Of a stretch of 60,110 nt of DNA, positions 31,042 through 40,130 are shown one piece after another. The DNA comes from Promethearchaeota archaeon (GTDB taxonomy: Archaea; Asgardarchaeota; Lokiarchaeia; Sigyniarchaeales; SOKP01), in contig JAHLWP010000025.1 in NCBI GenBank assembly GCA_019057865.1, forward strand, positions 1 through 60,110. The letters run 5' to 3'. Below the pieces are notes generated by a model. It saw only the letters and a program-made list of their open reading frames with translations. It searched no databases and was not told the origin of the DNA. A program made the translations under genes and the position numbers. The number at the start of each line of letters is the position of its first letter. The stretch's first letter is position 1.

Positions 31042-33045
31042 TTAAAACTCCGCTTCAAGTTGCTTAATCTCTGCAAAGAAAAGGTCCGCGATTACAATCC
31101 ATTTTCTTTTTGTATCAAGATCGCTTAAAGATTTATTTGTAGACTCTTTTCCTTTTTTAAGATACTCAACTGCTAACTCATAATTTCCTAATTCTTTATA
31201 ACAAATCCCTAATTTAATGTAAGTCTGATAAACATACCAATTTTTACTGCCTATCTCTATTGTTTTTAGGAATTCTTCAATAGCATGCGCATGTTCATTA
31301 AAGAACATTAGAATTTCACCATAGGTATCGTGATATGTAGCATTATCAGGCACGCGTTCTATAAGATTTTGAATAACGTTTAAAGATTCTTCCTTTTTAT
31401 TCAGATATTGTAACCAGCAGGCTTTATAATTTAGAAGATCATTATCTTCTGGATATTTTTCAATCATTTTTTCAATAATCTCTAAACCTGCTTCAGTGTT
31501 TCTCATTTCTTTAAGAATATATGCCCTTTTCATTTGGATGTTCTTTTCTTCTTGATGAAAATCTTTTAGCATTTTATCCAATAAAGTTAATACCTCTCTG
31601 TATCGATTTAAATTAATAAGGATTTTGTTTTTTGAATAATATAGATCAATGTCTTTGGGGTTCAATTTAATGGCTTTATCAATCTCCTTAAGAGCCTCAT
31701 CATAGTTGGCTCCTTTTTGCTCACTAAAGTCTACATGTTGAATCTTAAAATTATATGCCTGGATTTCTTGCCAAATTAATCCTTCCAATTTGTCATATGT
31801 ATCTATTAATTTTTTCTCTTTTTCAATTTTATATGCTAAGTATTGAATATAATCGGGTAAAAATTTCTTTAAAGCATATCTTAAACCATCGAAAAATAAA
31901 TTTTCACAGATCTCATCTAAAATGGCCTCAACTGTAAATTCCAATGTTAATGGAGGAGTTTCGTTTGGGTATTCTTCATATAAATTATGTAAATATGTGA
32001 ATTTAGCAATATGTTCCTCAACAATAGCATTAAGCATTCTTTCTAATTTCTCATTTGCTTGAAAGAAATAATTTTTATCTTTCTCTACTTCTAATTTAAA
32101 AAACTTTACAGGATAAATATCTTCCTCAACAATGCGGAGGATGGTGAAATTAAGTTTAATAAGACTAATATCATATTTCTTAGAAAAATCTTCTGGAGAA
32201 ATATGATGAGGAAACTCATTCGGATGATTTATTGAGAGAAAAAGTAAAACTTTGTTAAAATCTTCTTCCACGTCTAAAGTAGATTTAATCTTTTCATTTT
32301 CATAAGGTAATTTTAAAACATTATTGAGATATCGGAACTTAATATTATTATCCTTTATTTTAAATTTCTCGAAGAAATTTTTAGTCTTTTTAGTTATCTC
32401 CCTAATCCGTTTACTTTCTGCCTCTAAAATTGACTGTCTATCTAAATCATACTCTCTTAACATATCAGAATATGCTGATTTACCTAGTTGAGTAATTCTA
32501 TATTCTTTATTTTCCTTTTCTACAAATCCATCATCAATTAATAAATTCATATTTTTTGATAATGAAGATTGATTAATAGAAAGAGGTTCTTCAATAAAAT
32601 TTGCCCATTTACAATAAGTATTATTATAAACCATCCAAAGAATCCAATGGTCATAGTTCCTCTTGTTTGTGATTGCTTTAGGAGGATAACTTAATTTTCT
32701 TCGTGCAAACTTCGCTTGAGATAATTCATAAAATCTATCTTTGCCTTTAGGAGTAATCTGGTATTTATTATAAGTACTTTTATTGACATAACCTTCTTCA
32801 ATAAGAGTTTTCAAATAATTATATAATGTTGATTTTGAAAATACTGTATCAGATTCAGAATTTTCAATTGCGAAAAAGTCTGAACTTGTACATAATTCGT
32901 TGTTGTTTAACATCCAAAGAATTACTAATTTAAAATTAGGTTTACTCAACTTGGAAGGAGGTTCCAAAAGTTCATTCGGGGGATAATTGATTGTATTTTC
33001 CAAGATAATCTTCCAGTATTTTTCATAATAATTAGAGGTTCTCAA
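31042..33045 (-). CDS. tandem winged-HTH domains plus C-terminal TPR repeats (putative transcription regulator)
   Basis: Two repeats ILWM..NN..C....F...S.S.L.....LI..G.V.K...Y.IT..GK; TPRs (ALKEIDKAIKLNP, YHDTYGEIL, LGICYKELGNYELA). Confidence 0.8.
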   Translation of the reverse strand: MRTSNYYEKYWKIILENTINYPPNELLEPPSKLSKPNFKLVILWMLNNNELCTSSDFFAIENSESDTVFSKSTLYNYLKTLIEEGYVNKSTYNKYQITPKGKDRFYELSQAKFARRKLSYPPKAITNKRNYDHWILWMVYNNTYCKWANFIEEPLSINQSSLSKNMNLLIDDGFVEKENKEYRITQLGKSAYSDMLREYDLDRQSILEAESKRIREITKKTKNFFEKFKIKDNNIKFRYLNNVLKLPYENEKIKSTLDVEEDFNKVLLFLSINHPNEFPHHISPEDFSKKYDISLIKLNFTILRIVEEDIYPVKFFKLEVEKDKNYFFQANEKLERMLNAIVEEHIAKFTYLHNLYEEYPNETPPLTLEFTVEAILDEICENLFFDGLRYALKKFLPDYIQYLAYKIEKEKKLIDTYDKLEGLIWQEIQAYNFKIQHVDFSEQKGANYDEALKEIDKAIKLNPKDIDLYYSKNKILINLNRYREVLTLLDKMLKDFHQEEKNIQMKRAYILKEMRNTEAGLEIIEKMIEKYPEDNDLLNYKACWLQYLNKKEESLNVIQNLIERVPDNATYHDTYGEILMFFNEHAHAIEEFLKTIEIGSKNWYVYQTYIKLGICYKELGNYELAVEYLKKGKESTNKSLSDLDTKRKWIVIADLFFAEIKQLEAEF

Positions 33046-33081
33046 TTAAAAATAGTATAAAAATCTATAAAAATGTTTCTA

Positions 33082-33123
33082 TCCAAAAACTTCTCCGAGA
33101 CTCCAATTGGAGTTTTTGGAGAA
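33082..33123. promoter_or_regulatory. palindromic putative operator in divergent intergenic region
   Basis: Perfect CTCCAATTGGAG (33101-33112) nested within TTCTCC...GGAGAA and TCCAAAAACT...AGTTTTTGGA inverted repeats. Confidence 0.55.
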
Positions 33124-33272
33124 AAACTATATATTAAACTCTGATCTAATAAATATTAATAAATAAACGTAAAAATAAAAAAACACTGATACAAATTATA
33201 CTGTTCTTGTAAAAACTATTTGTCAACTATATAGAAAGGTAATTCAAGAAGAGAATAGAGGGCGTAGTTAAA

Positions 33273-33317
33273 GGAGAGCTCAGTTGTTCATATTCAGAAT
33301 AACAATTTGAGCTCTCC
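33273..33317. other. stable intergenic stem-loop
   Basis: GGAGAGCTCA (33273-33282) / TGAGCTCTCC (33308-33317) perfect 10-bp stem, extended by GTTGTT/AACAAT. Confidence 0.65.
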
Positions 33318-33394
33318 ACATTAAAATTACGAATTAGATAAATTTATGTTTATAATTATGTAAAAAATTTGAAATAAAAAAGAGGTGGTTAAAT

Positions 33395-33622
33395 CTGACA
33401 GAAGTTAAGAAAGTAATATCATATGAATTAAAAGAACTCTTATCTGAAATTAAGGAAGAGGAAATTAAGAGAGAATCGATAAATCAGCTTAGTTAAATCT
33501 ATACAACTCCAGATGATTTGGATTTAATAGATAAGAAAAGAGAACTGAAAAGATGGAAAAAGTCTCTTGATTATTATTATTTACATCCCGAGAAATTTAG
33601 ATTTAGTTTTAAGGATCTATAA
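33395..33622 (+). pseudogene. unannotated small ORF (putative CTG start) with in-frame TAA at 33494
   Basis: GAGGTG RBS, then LTEVKKVISYELKELLSEIKEEEIKRESINQLS*IYTTPDDLDLIDKKRELKRWKKSLDYYYLHPEKFRFSFKDL*. Confidence 0.5.
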
Positions 33623-33672
33623 GTAAATAAACTAACAATTTTTTTTATAAAAATAAAAAAGGGGTGAAAAAA

Positions 33673-34056
33673 ATGCAACAAATTATTAGTAAAAAACACA
33701 ATCCAATTAATCCATCTATAATATGCGGTATTTGTCGAGCCGAAGTTAAGAATAAGGCATCAATCTACCATTCAGGAGTATATACTAGAGTTATCTGCGA
33801 AAAATGTTTCAAAAAATTTTCTTCAAATGATATTGAGTTGATGGTAAACCTTTTCACTGCTTTTGGTGGATATTTTGGTAAACATAAGAAACCTGAGTAT
33901 ATACTATATATAATCCTAAAGGAATTAAAAGAAAAATCTAAGTATAGAGAAAACTCTTTTGGTGCTGCAGAAATCAAGTTGCAGCTACTTCATAAAGCTT
34001 TATTATATGGTATTTCTCCCGAAAAATTCTTTCAAGGACTAAAAACAATTATTTAA
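33673..34056 (+). CDS. small zinc-finger protein
   Basis: CGIC ... CEKC; GGGGTGA RBS before ATG at 33673. Confidence 0.75.
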   Translation: MQQIISKKHNPINPSIICGICRAEVKNKASIYHSGVYTRVICEKCFKKFSSNDIELMVNLFTAFGGYFGKHKKPEYILYIILKELKEKSKYRENSFGAAEIKLQLLHKALLYGISPEKFFQGLKTII

Positions 34057-34070
34057 TAATATTAAAGGAG

Positions 34071-34277
34071 GTGGTTAATCTGATAGAGAGTAAGAAACTA
34101 GTAATCCCGGACTTAAAAGAAAATAAAAAGGCAATTTTAGACAATTTATCAGATTTCAGGTTTAATAATAATGCAAAAGAAAATTCAAAGAAAGCTATTA
34201 TTAAAATATCAACATATTCTTATGGAAGTAATGGCAAGATTTGGCATTATTTGTCTAAATTGACTAAAAAGGAATAA
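34071..34277 (+). CDS. small hypothetical protein (start GTG 34071 or CTG 34080)
   Basis: Strong GGAGGTG RBS; followed by a T-rich tract. Confidence 0.6.
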   Translation: MVNLIESKKLVIPDLKENKKAILDNLSDFRFNNNAKENSKKAIIKISTYSYGSNGKIWHYLSKLTKKE

Positions 34278-34282
34278 TTATC

Positions 34283-34325
34283 TGTTTTTTATATCTTTTT
34301 CATTTTTTATTTTTTATTTTATTGA
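34283..34325 (+). terminator. T-rich archaeal-type terminator
   Basis: Multiple oligo-T runs immediately after the small-ORF cluster. Confidence 0.45.
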
Positions 34326-34422
34326 TTTCTAATGCAATAAACTAAAATTTTATATAAAGAAAAATTCAATCTTACATTAAGCAAGTTTTGTTTAATAGTA
34401 CATATATCAACAATTTCAGTAA

Positions 34423-34962
34423 ATGAATGAAACAGCAGAAAAGTTTCGATTTAAGATTACAGTTATAGGAGATGGACAAGTAGGGAAAACGTCCTTAATA
34501 CAAAAGTTCACAAAAGGTTCTTTTCAGGAGGATTATATCAAGACTATAGGAGCCCAATTCTCTGTATATGACAAGGTGATAAAGGAAGATAAAATTAGAT
34601 TATTATTCTGGGATATAGCCGGTCAGGACAGTTTCAATTTTTTGCGTCCTTCTTTTTTTAAAAATAGTGTAGCTGCTATTATTGTATATAGTTTAGAAGA
34701 AAATGAACTTGGTGAAGACAGTTTTGCTCATATTCCTGATTGGTATTCAGACATTAATCAATTTTGCGGAGATCTTCCAGTAGTTATGTTCGCTAACAAA
34801 GTTGATTTAATTGATGAGAATAGTATAGATCATTCTGAAATCCAAGAAATTGTGGACAAGCAAAATTTTATTGGATATTATATAACCTCTGCAAAAACTG
34901 GTCAAGGAGTCATAAACGCATTTAACGCAATCATTGATGTATTATATAACAAATATAAATAA
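34423..34962 (+). CDS. Rab/Ras-like small GTPase (eukaryotic signature protein)
   Basis: G1 GDGQVGKT, G2 TIG, G3 WDIAGQ, G4 NKVD, G5 TSAK; no C-terminal Cys prenylation motif. Confidence 0.95.
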   Translation: MNETAEKFRFKITVIGDGQVGKTSLIQKFTKGSFQEDYIKTIGAQFSVYDKVIKEDKIRLLFWDIAGQDSFNFLRPSFFKNSVAAIIVYSLEENELGEDSFAHIPDWYSDINQFCGDLPVVMFANKVDLIDENSIDHSEIQEIVDKQNFIGYYITSAKTGQGVINAFNAIIDVLYNKYK

Positions 34963-35027
34963 TTATCTTCAACTCAATAAGGATCAGATTAAAAAGGCTT
35001 TTAAGCAAATATAACTTCTTTTTTTAA

Positions 35028-36869
35028 TTGAAATTTATGCTTAAATCAAAATCAAAAGAATTAAAGCAAGCAGAAGAACTCAAAAATGCAGGTAAGTTTG
35101 AAGAAGCTCTTCAAATCGTGACTAATTTAGAAAAAGAAGAAGGTTTTACTGAAGAAGATTTACTCTCTTTACACATTCTTAAAAGTTCTTTATTATTAGC
35201 TCTTGGACAATTAAAGGATGCACAAAACCTTGCAGAAAGAGTTTTAGAGCAGAGTAAAAAATCAAAAAGTTATGATAAATCAATTGATGCTTTAAATCTC
35301 ATCGCTTGGGTTTATTGGCGACTTGGCAAATTAGAAGAAGCTCTTGACGAGATTGGTAAAGCTGAAGAAATAATCAGTGCCCAATTTCCAGAACCTATCG
35401 CAGAAATTCAGAAAAAACATGCTTCTTTGTTTTTAATAAAAGGGGGTATATTTTTTGCGAGGGGAAATTTAGAGCTTATTAAAAAATGCTTGGAAGAAGG
35501 TTTAGAACTTGTTAAACTAATAAATGATAAAAAATTAATAATGCAATTTACACTTAATACGGGTACTTACTATGGAATAAAAGGCAATATAGACCTTGCA
35601 ATCAAATATCATAGCCAGGCATTAGCTGTTGCTAAAGAAATAAATGATAAACAGAACATTATTATAGCTCTCAATAATTTAGGGTGGGTATATAGAATGC
35701 AAGGTAAATTAGATGATGCTTTTGAAAGTATAAATCAGAGTTATGCTCTTTGTAAGGAGATAAATAGTCCTAAAATCCATATAATCCTCGATTCACTTTT
35801 TCATGTAGCCCTTGATAAAGGTGATCTTAAGTTAGCACAAAAATATTTAGATCAGATGAAGGAGCTTAAAGATCAAGAAGAGTATGAGATTATTAAATTG
35901 GACTATTTAATAAATAAAGCTTTATTATTGAAAGCAAATCCTCGTGCTAGTAATCTTTCTGAGGCTGAAAAGATATTGAGAAAAGCAGTAGAGGAGGATG
36001 TTGTTTTATACGAAGCTCATATTGATGCTTTGCTCAATCTCTGTGATTTACTCTTAATGGATCTCCGTAATACAAATGATCTTGAGATATTAAAAGAAAT
36101 ACAACCCTACTTTTCTCGTCTGTTGGATATTGCTGAAAAAAACAATTCATATCCCTTAATTGCTGAAACAAAACTTTTACAAGCCAGACTTGCATTACTT
36201 ACTTTTAATATTAAAAATGCTAGACAATTATTATCCGAAGCTCAACATATAGCCGAAAAATACGGACTTAATCGATTATCTATGAAAATTTCAAATGAAC
36301 ATGACGAACTATTAAAACAAATGGATTTGTGGGAGAAATTAAAAAAATCAGATTCACCAATAGGTGAAAGATTGAAGTTAACCCAAATAGAAGACGAAAT
36401 GAAAAGAATGATACAAAAACGCACAGTAGACGTTCCAAAATTATCCGAAGAGGAACCCTTATTACTTTTAGTTATGTCCAAAGGAGGAGTACCGGCATTT
36501 TCTCACACTTTTTCTAAAGATTGGGACTTTTCAGATGATCTCCTCAGTGGTTTTTTAACTTCATTCGATTCAATTAGTAAAGAAGTTTTTTCTGAAGGTT
36601 TGGATCGTGCTAAATTTGGTCACCATACTATTCTTATAAACCCTGTTGAGAATTTCCTAGTTTGTTATTTATTTAAAGGGCAATCATATTTCGCAAAACT
36701 AAAGCTGAGGTATTTTACAGATCATATGGGAAGTGATTCTTCTATATGGGAAATTTTTAACAAGTTCTTAAAAAATTTTCAAACTGTTCAGCTGAAAGAA
36801 AATCCAGATCTCAAAGAACTAATTATGGAGAGCTTTCTTACAACAGATCATTTGTTATTAAAAGAATAA
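35028..36869 (+). CDS. TPR-repeat protein with C-terminal longin-like domain
   Basis: N-terminal TPRs (ALNNLGWVYRMQGKLDDA); C-terminal LLVMSKGGVPAFSHTF...LLSGFLTSF...FLVCYLF longin-type pattern. Confidence 0.8.
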   Translation: MKFMLKSKSKELKQAEELKNAGKFEEALQIVTNLEKEEGFTEEDLLSLHILKSSLLLALGQLKDAQNLAERVLEQSKKSKSYDKSIDALNLIAWVYWRLGKLEEALDEIGKAEEIISAQFPEPIAEIQKKHASLFLIKGGIFFARGNLELIKKCLEEGLELVKLINDKKLIMQFTLNTGTYYGIKGNIDLAIKYHSQALAVAKEINDKQNIIIALNNLGWVYRMQGKLDDAFESINQSYALCKEINSPKIHIILDSLFHVALDKGDLKLAQKYLDQMKELKDQEEYEIIKLDYLINKALLLKANPRASNLSEAEKILRKAVEEDVVLYEAHIDALLNLCDLLLMDLRNTNDLEILKEIQPYFSRLLDIAEKNNSYPLIAETKLLQARLALLTFNIKNARQLLSEAQHIAEKYGLNRLSMKISNEHDELLKQMDLWEKLKKSDSPIGERLKLTQIEDEMKRMIQKRTVDVPKLSEEEPLLLLVMSKGGVPAFSHTFSKDWDFSDDLLSGFLTSFDSISKEVFSEGLDRAKFGHHTILINPVENFLVCYLFKGQSYFAKLKLRYFTDHMGSDSSIWEIFNKFLKNFQTVQLKENPDLKELIMESFLTTDHLLLKE

Positions 36870-36909
36870 AACTTATTTTAAAGATTAAATTTGAACGAAT
36901 GAGAGACTT

Positions 36910-37263
36910 ATGACTAGTGAAGAAAAACTTAGATGGAAAAAGTGTGATGAATGTGGGTTCTTACAGCATAAGTCTCATTTGAGATGTTTAAATTGTAAGA
37001 ATGATAAATTTACATTAATGGAAGCATCAGGAGAATGCACATTAATTACATTTACAATTTTAAATGCTCCTCCGGCAGAATTTCGAGATAAGCCATCTTA
37101 TGCACTTGGAGTTGTAGAATTTGAAAATGGAATAAAGGGACTTGGACAAATCACAACTCAAGATAATTTAAAAACTGGAATGAGATTAAAACCTGTATAT
37201 CAAAAGATTTGTGAAAATCTAGATGGAAAAGAAATTAATGCTTTTGTATTTGAACCAATCTAA
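36910..37263 (+). CDS. Zn-ribbon/OB-fold protein (DUF35/ChsH2 family)
   Basis: CDECG ... CLNC, TFT, PSYALGVVEF..G. Confidence 0.88.
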   Translation: MTSEEKLRWKKCDECGFLQHKSHLRCLNCKNDKFTLMEASGECTLITFTILNAPPAEFRDKPSYALGVVEFENGIKGLGQITTQDNLKTGMRLKPVYQKICENLDGKEINAFVFEPI

Positions 37264-37269
37264 TTGTAC

Positions 37270-37296
37270 TGTATACAAAAGTTTATAAACGTATAC
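37270..37296. promoter_or_regulatory. putative TA operator/promoter
   Basis: GTATAC palindromes at 37271 and 37291 bracketing GTTTATAAAC (TATA-like palindrome). Confidence 0.45.
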
Positions 37297-37314
37297 TTAT
37301 TTTTAGATCATTAG

Positions 37315-37833
37315 ATGACTATAATAATTTGCGATTCTTCATTATTGATATTATTATCTAAATTAGAAATGTTGGATTTATTGATTGAAGCATTTGATGA
37401 TGTAATAATACCTCAAGCGATTTATTCTGAGTCTGTTACACTAGGGAAAATATTAAAAAAAATGGATGCATTTTTAATTGAAAAACAAGTAAAGGATAAA
37501 ATAATAAATTTAAAACAAATTAAAGATATTGCAGAAAAAGAAGACCTTATTAAAAATTTTAATATTCATGATGGTGAAGCAGAAGCAATTGTTTTATATA
37601 TAGAAGAAAAAGCTGATTTATTAGGAACAGATGATTATAAAACATTAAAAGTATGCAAAATCCTAGAAATCAAATATTTCACTACTCCAATGTTTATCAT
37701 TCGATGCTTTTTTAATAAAAAGCTTTCAAAAGATTCAACTTTGTTAAAATTTGAAAACCTAAAAGAAATTGGATGGTATAAAGAAAACATTATAATAGAT
37801 TTTATGAATAAAATAGAAAAAGAAGAGGTTTAA
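37315..37833 (+). CDS. PIN-domain protein (DUF3368-like, VapC-type toxin)
   Basis: ICDSSLLI, IPQAIYSE, IHDGEAEAI, GTDD. Confidence 0.85.
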   Translation: MTIIICDSSLLILLSKLEMLDLLIEAFDDVIIPQAIYSESVTLGKILKKMDAFLIEKQVKDKIINLKQIKDIAEKEDLIKNFNIHDGEAEAIVLYIEEKADLLGTDDYKTLKVCKILEIKYFTTPMFIIRCFFNKKLSKDSTLLKFENLKEIGWYKENIIIDFMNKIEKEEV

Positions 37834-37836
37834 AAA

Positions 37837-38133
37837 ATGGGTAAAGTTTTGTCTGTAAGAATTAATAAAAGTTTAGAAGAAACTATTAAAAGATATTCAG
37901 AAGAAAAAAAAAAAGAACAATCAGATATAATTAGAGATTTAATTAATAATGGAAGTATATATTTAGCGATAAAAGGTTATGCTAAAGGAAAATATTCGAT
38001 AGGGAGGGCAGCATATCTAGCAAATCTTCCATTATCAGAGTTTATGGATTTAATAATGGATTTGGGAATTAAATCAAAAATAAGTAAAGAAGATTTACTT
38101 GAAGGATATGAAAATCTAAAAAAAATTTTCTAA
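37837..38133 (+). CDS. UPF0175-family antitoxin (RHH plus HTH)
   Basis: VLSVRI, SDIIRDLI, YAKGKYSIGRAAYLANLPLSEF. Confidence 0.85.
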   Translation: MGKVLSVRINKSLEETIKRYSEEKKKEQSDIIRDLINNGSIYLAIKGYAKGKYSIGRAAYLANLPLSEFMDLIMDLGIKSKISKEDLLEGYENLKKIF

Positions 38134-38445
38134 TTTCTCTCCCTTTATTTAGAATGGTTTTTTTATCCAAGAGAAGGTTATATTCATAAAATGTTGGCTA
38201 TCTTCTCAACCTCACCTAAAGTCCTGACAAAGAAAATTAATTTTCTTATGTATAGGAGATCTTTCATAATAAATTTAGTAAAATGTAATTGTTCTTATCA
38301 TATACCTATTTGATAATTAAATAATTATAGAAGACTATAATATTAATCAATTAAAAATAATACTTTAACTAATAAAGGAATGATAAATGCATAATATATA
38401 AATTATTTTTAAGATATAGGATTCATTTTAAGGTTGGTGAAAATT

Positions 38446-40122
38446 ATGTTTTCAAAAGATGAGCTTAAAAAAATTAAAACTGAGAGAGAAGAATGGCAAA
38501 AACACATATTAAATAAATTCATTACGAAAGGAGAAATTAAGGATAAATTTGAAACACCCTCAGGAATTCCAATAAAACATATCTATGGTCCAGAAGATAT
38601 TGCAGATATGAATTTTATAGATGATATTGGCTTTCCCGGAAGTGTTCCATTTACTAGAGGAGTTTATCCTAACATGTATCGAGGAAGGATTTGGACAATG
38701 AGACAGTATGGAGGATTTGCTGATGCTATAAAGACAAATGAAAGATTCAAATATTTAATATCTCAAGGTCAAAAAGGACTTTCAATAGCCTTTGATTTAC
38801 CTACTCAAATGGGATATAACTCTGATAATCAGATCTGTCTAGGAGAAGTGGGACGAATAGGAGTTACAGTTAATTCATTAAAAGATTTTGAAAAAGTTTT
38901 TGAAGGAATACCTTTAGATAAAGTATCAACAAGTATGACTATAAACGCACCAACAGCAGTACTCTTAGCGATGTATATTGCTATTGGAGAAAATTTAGGA
39001 ATTAACCCTGAACTATTAATTGGTACAGTTCAAAATGATATTTTAAAGGAATATGTGGCAAGAGGGACATATATTTTTCCTCCTAAACCCTCTCTAAGGC
39101 TCACTGCAGATGTAATTGAGTATTGTTCCAAATATCTTCCTAGGTTTAATACGATTAGTATTAGTGGTTATCATATGCGTGAAGCAGGATGTAATGCTGT
39201 TCAAGAAATTGCTTTTACTATTGCGGATGGTATTGCTTATGTTGAAGAAGTCCATAAAAGAGGAATAGATATAGATGAGTTTGCTCCAAGATTATCTTTC
39301 TTTTTTACAACTCATAATAATTTTTTTGAAGAAATTGCAAAATTAAGGGCAGCGAGAAGATTATGGGCTAAAATAATGAAAGAACGATTTAATGCTAATA
39401 ATCCAAATTCATTACGATTAAGATTTCATACACAAACTGCAGGAGTTACATTAACAGCTCAACAACCTCAAGTTAATATAATAAGAGTAGCAATTCAGGC
39501 ATTAGCAGCAATTCTTGGAGGTACACAATCTCTTCATACGTGTGGTGCAGATGAGGCTTTAGCAATCCCTACAGAAGATTCAGTAAGATTATCTTTAAGA
39601 ACCCAACAAGTATTTGCCTATGAATCCGGTGTAACTGACGTTGTTGATCCCTTAGGAGGTTCCTATTACATTGAATATTTAACTAATCAATTAGAAGAAA
39701 AAGCCATGGAATATATCGAACGAATTGATAATATGGGTGGTATGCCTATCGCAATTGAAAAAGCGTTCATTCAACAAGAAATTCAAAATAACGCTTATTC
39801 GGAGCAAAAGAAGGTTGAAGAGGGCCAACGTAAAGTAATAGGAGTCAATACATTTTGTACTGATGAAGAATGTAAAATTGAGACATTTAAACATGATAAA
39901 GAATTTGAAAAGAAAATAGTCGATTCTTTAGATGAATTAAGAAAGACTAGAAATGAAGGCTTAGTTCAAGAAAAATTAGCAGAATTGAAGAATATGGCTC
40001 ATTCTAGTGAAAATATTATGCCAATCATGATTGAAACCGTTAAGACCTATGCAACAATACAAGAAATCTGCGATGTTTTAAGAGAAGTATTTGGAGAATA
40101 TCAAAGCCCTCAGATTTTTTAA
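38446..40122 (+). CDS. mcmA: methylmalonyl-CoA mutase, large (substrate-binding) subunit
   Basis: PFTRGVY..MYRGRIWTMRQY, FDLPTQMG, QNDILKEYVARG, GYHMREAG, GGTQSLH; the Tyr and Arg specificity residues are of the MCM type. Confidence 0.93.
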   Translation: MFSKDELKKIKTEREEWQKHILNKFITKGEIKDKFETPSGIPIKHIYGPEDIADMNFIDDIGFPGSVPFTRGVYPNMYRGRIWTMRQYGGFADAIKTNERFKYLISQGQKGLSIAFDLPTQMGYNSDNQICLGEVGRIGVTVNSLKDFEKVFEGIPLDKVSTSMTINAPTAVLLAMYIAIGENLGINPELLIGTVQNDILKEYVARGTYIFPPKPSLRLTADVIEYCSKYLPRFNTISISGYHMREAGCNAVQEIAFTIADGIAYVEEVHKRGIDIDEFAPRLSFFFTTHNNFFEEIAKLRAARRLWAKIMKERFNANNPNSLRLRFHTQTAGVTLTAQQPQVNIIRVAIQALAAILGGTQSLHTCGADEALAIPTEDSVRLSLRTQQVFAYESGVTDVVDPLGGSYYIEYLTNQLEEKAMEYIERIDNMGGMPIAIEKAFIQQEIQNNAYSEQKKVEEGQRKVIGVNTFCTDEECKIETFKHDKEFEKKIVDSLDELRKTRNEGLVQEKLAELKNMAHSSENIMPIMIETVKTYATIQEICDVLREVFGEYQSPQIF

Positions 40123-40130
40123 AAAGAAGT

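Noticed and set aside
33273-33317. Hairpin as SECIS element or intrinsic terminator
   Set aside because: No AUGA/GA kink-turn core in the right geometry, no selenoprotein nearby, and no adjacent poly-T tail.
36910-37263. DUF35 gene lacking its usual thiolase neighbour as a sign of a novel system
   Set aside because: Orphan DUF35 genes are not unusual, and the partner may be elsewhere in the genome.
38140-38300. Possible gene remnant downstream of the first TA pair
   Set aside because: Only a 27-codon minus-strand frame with no recognisable motif.
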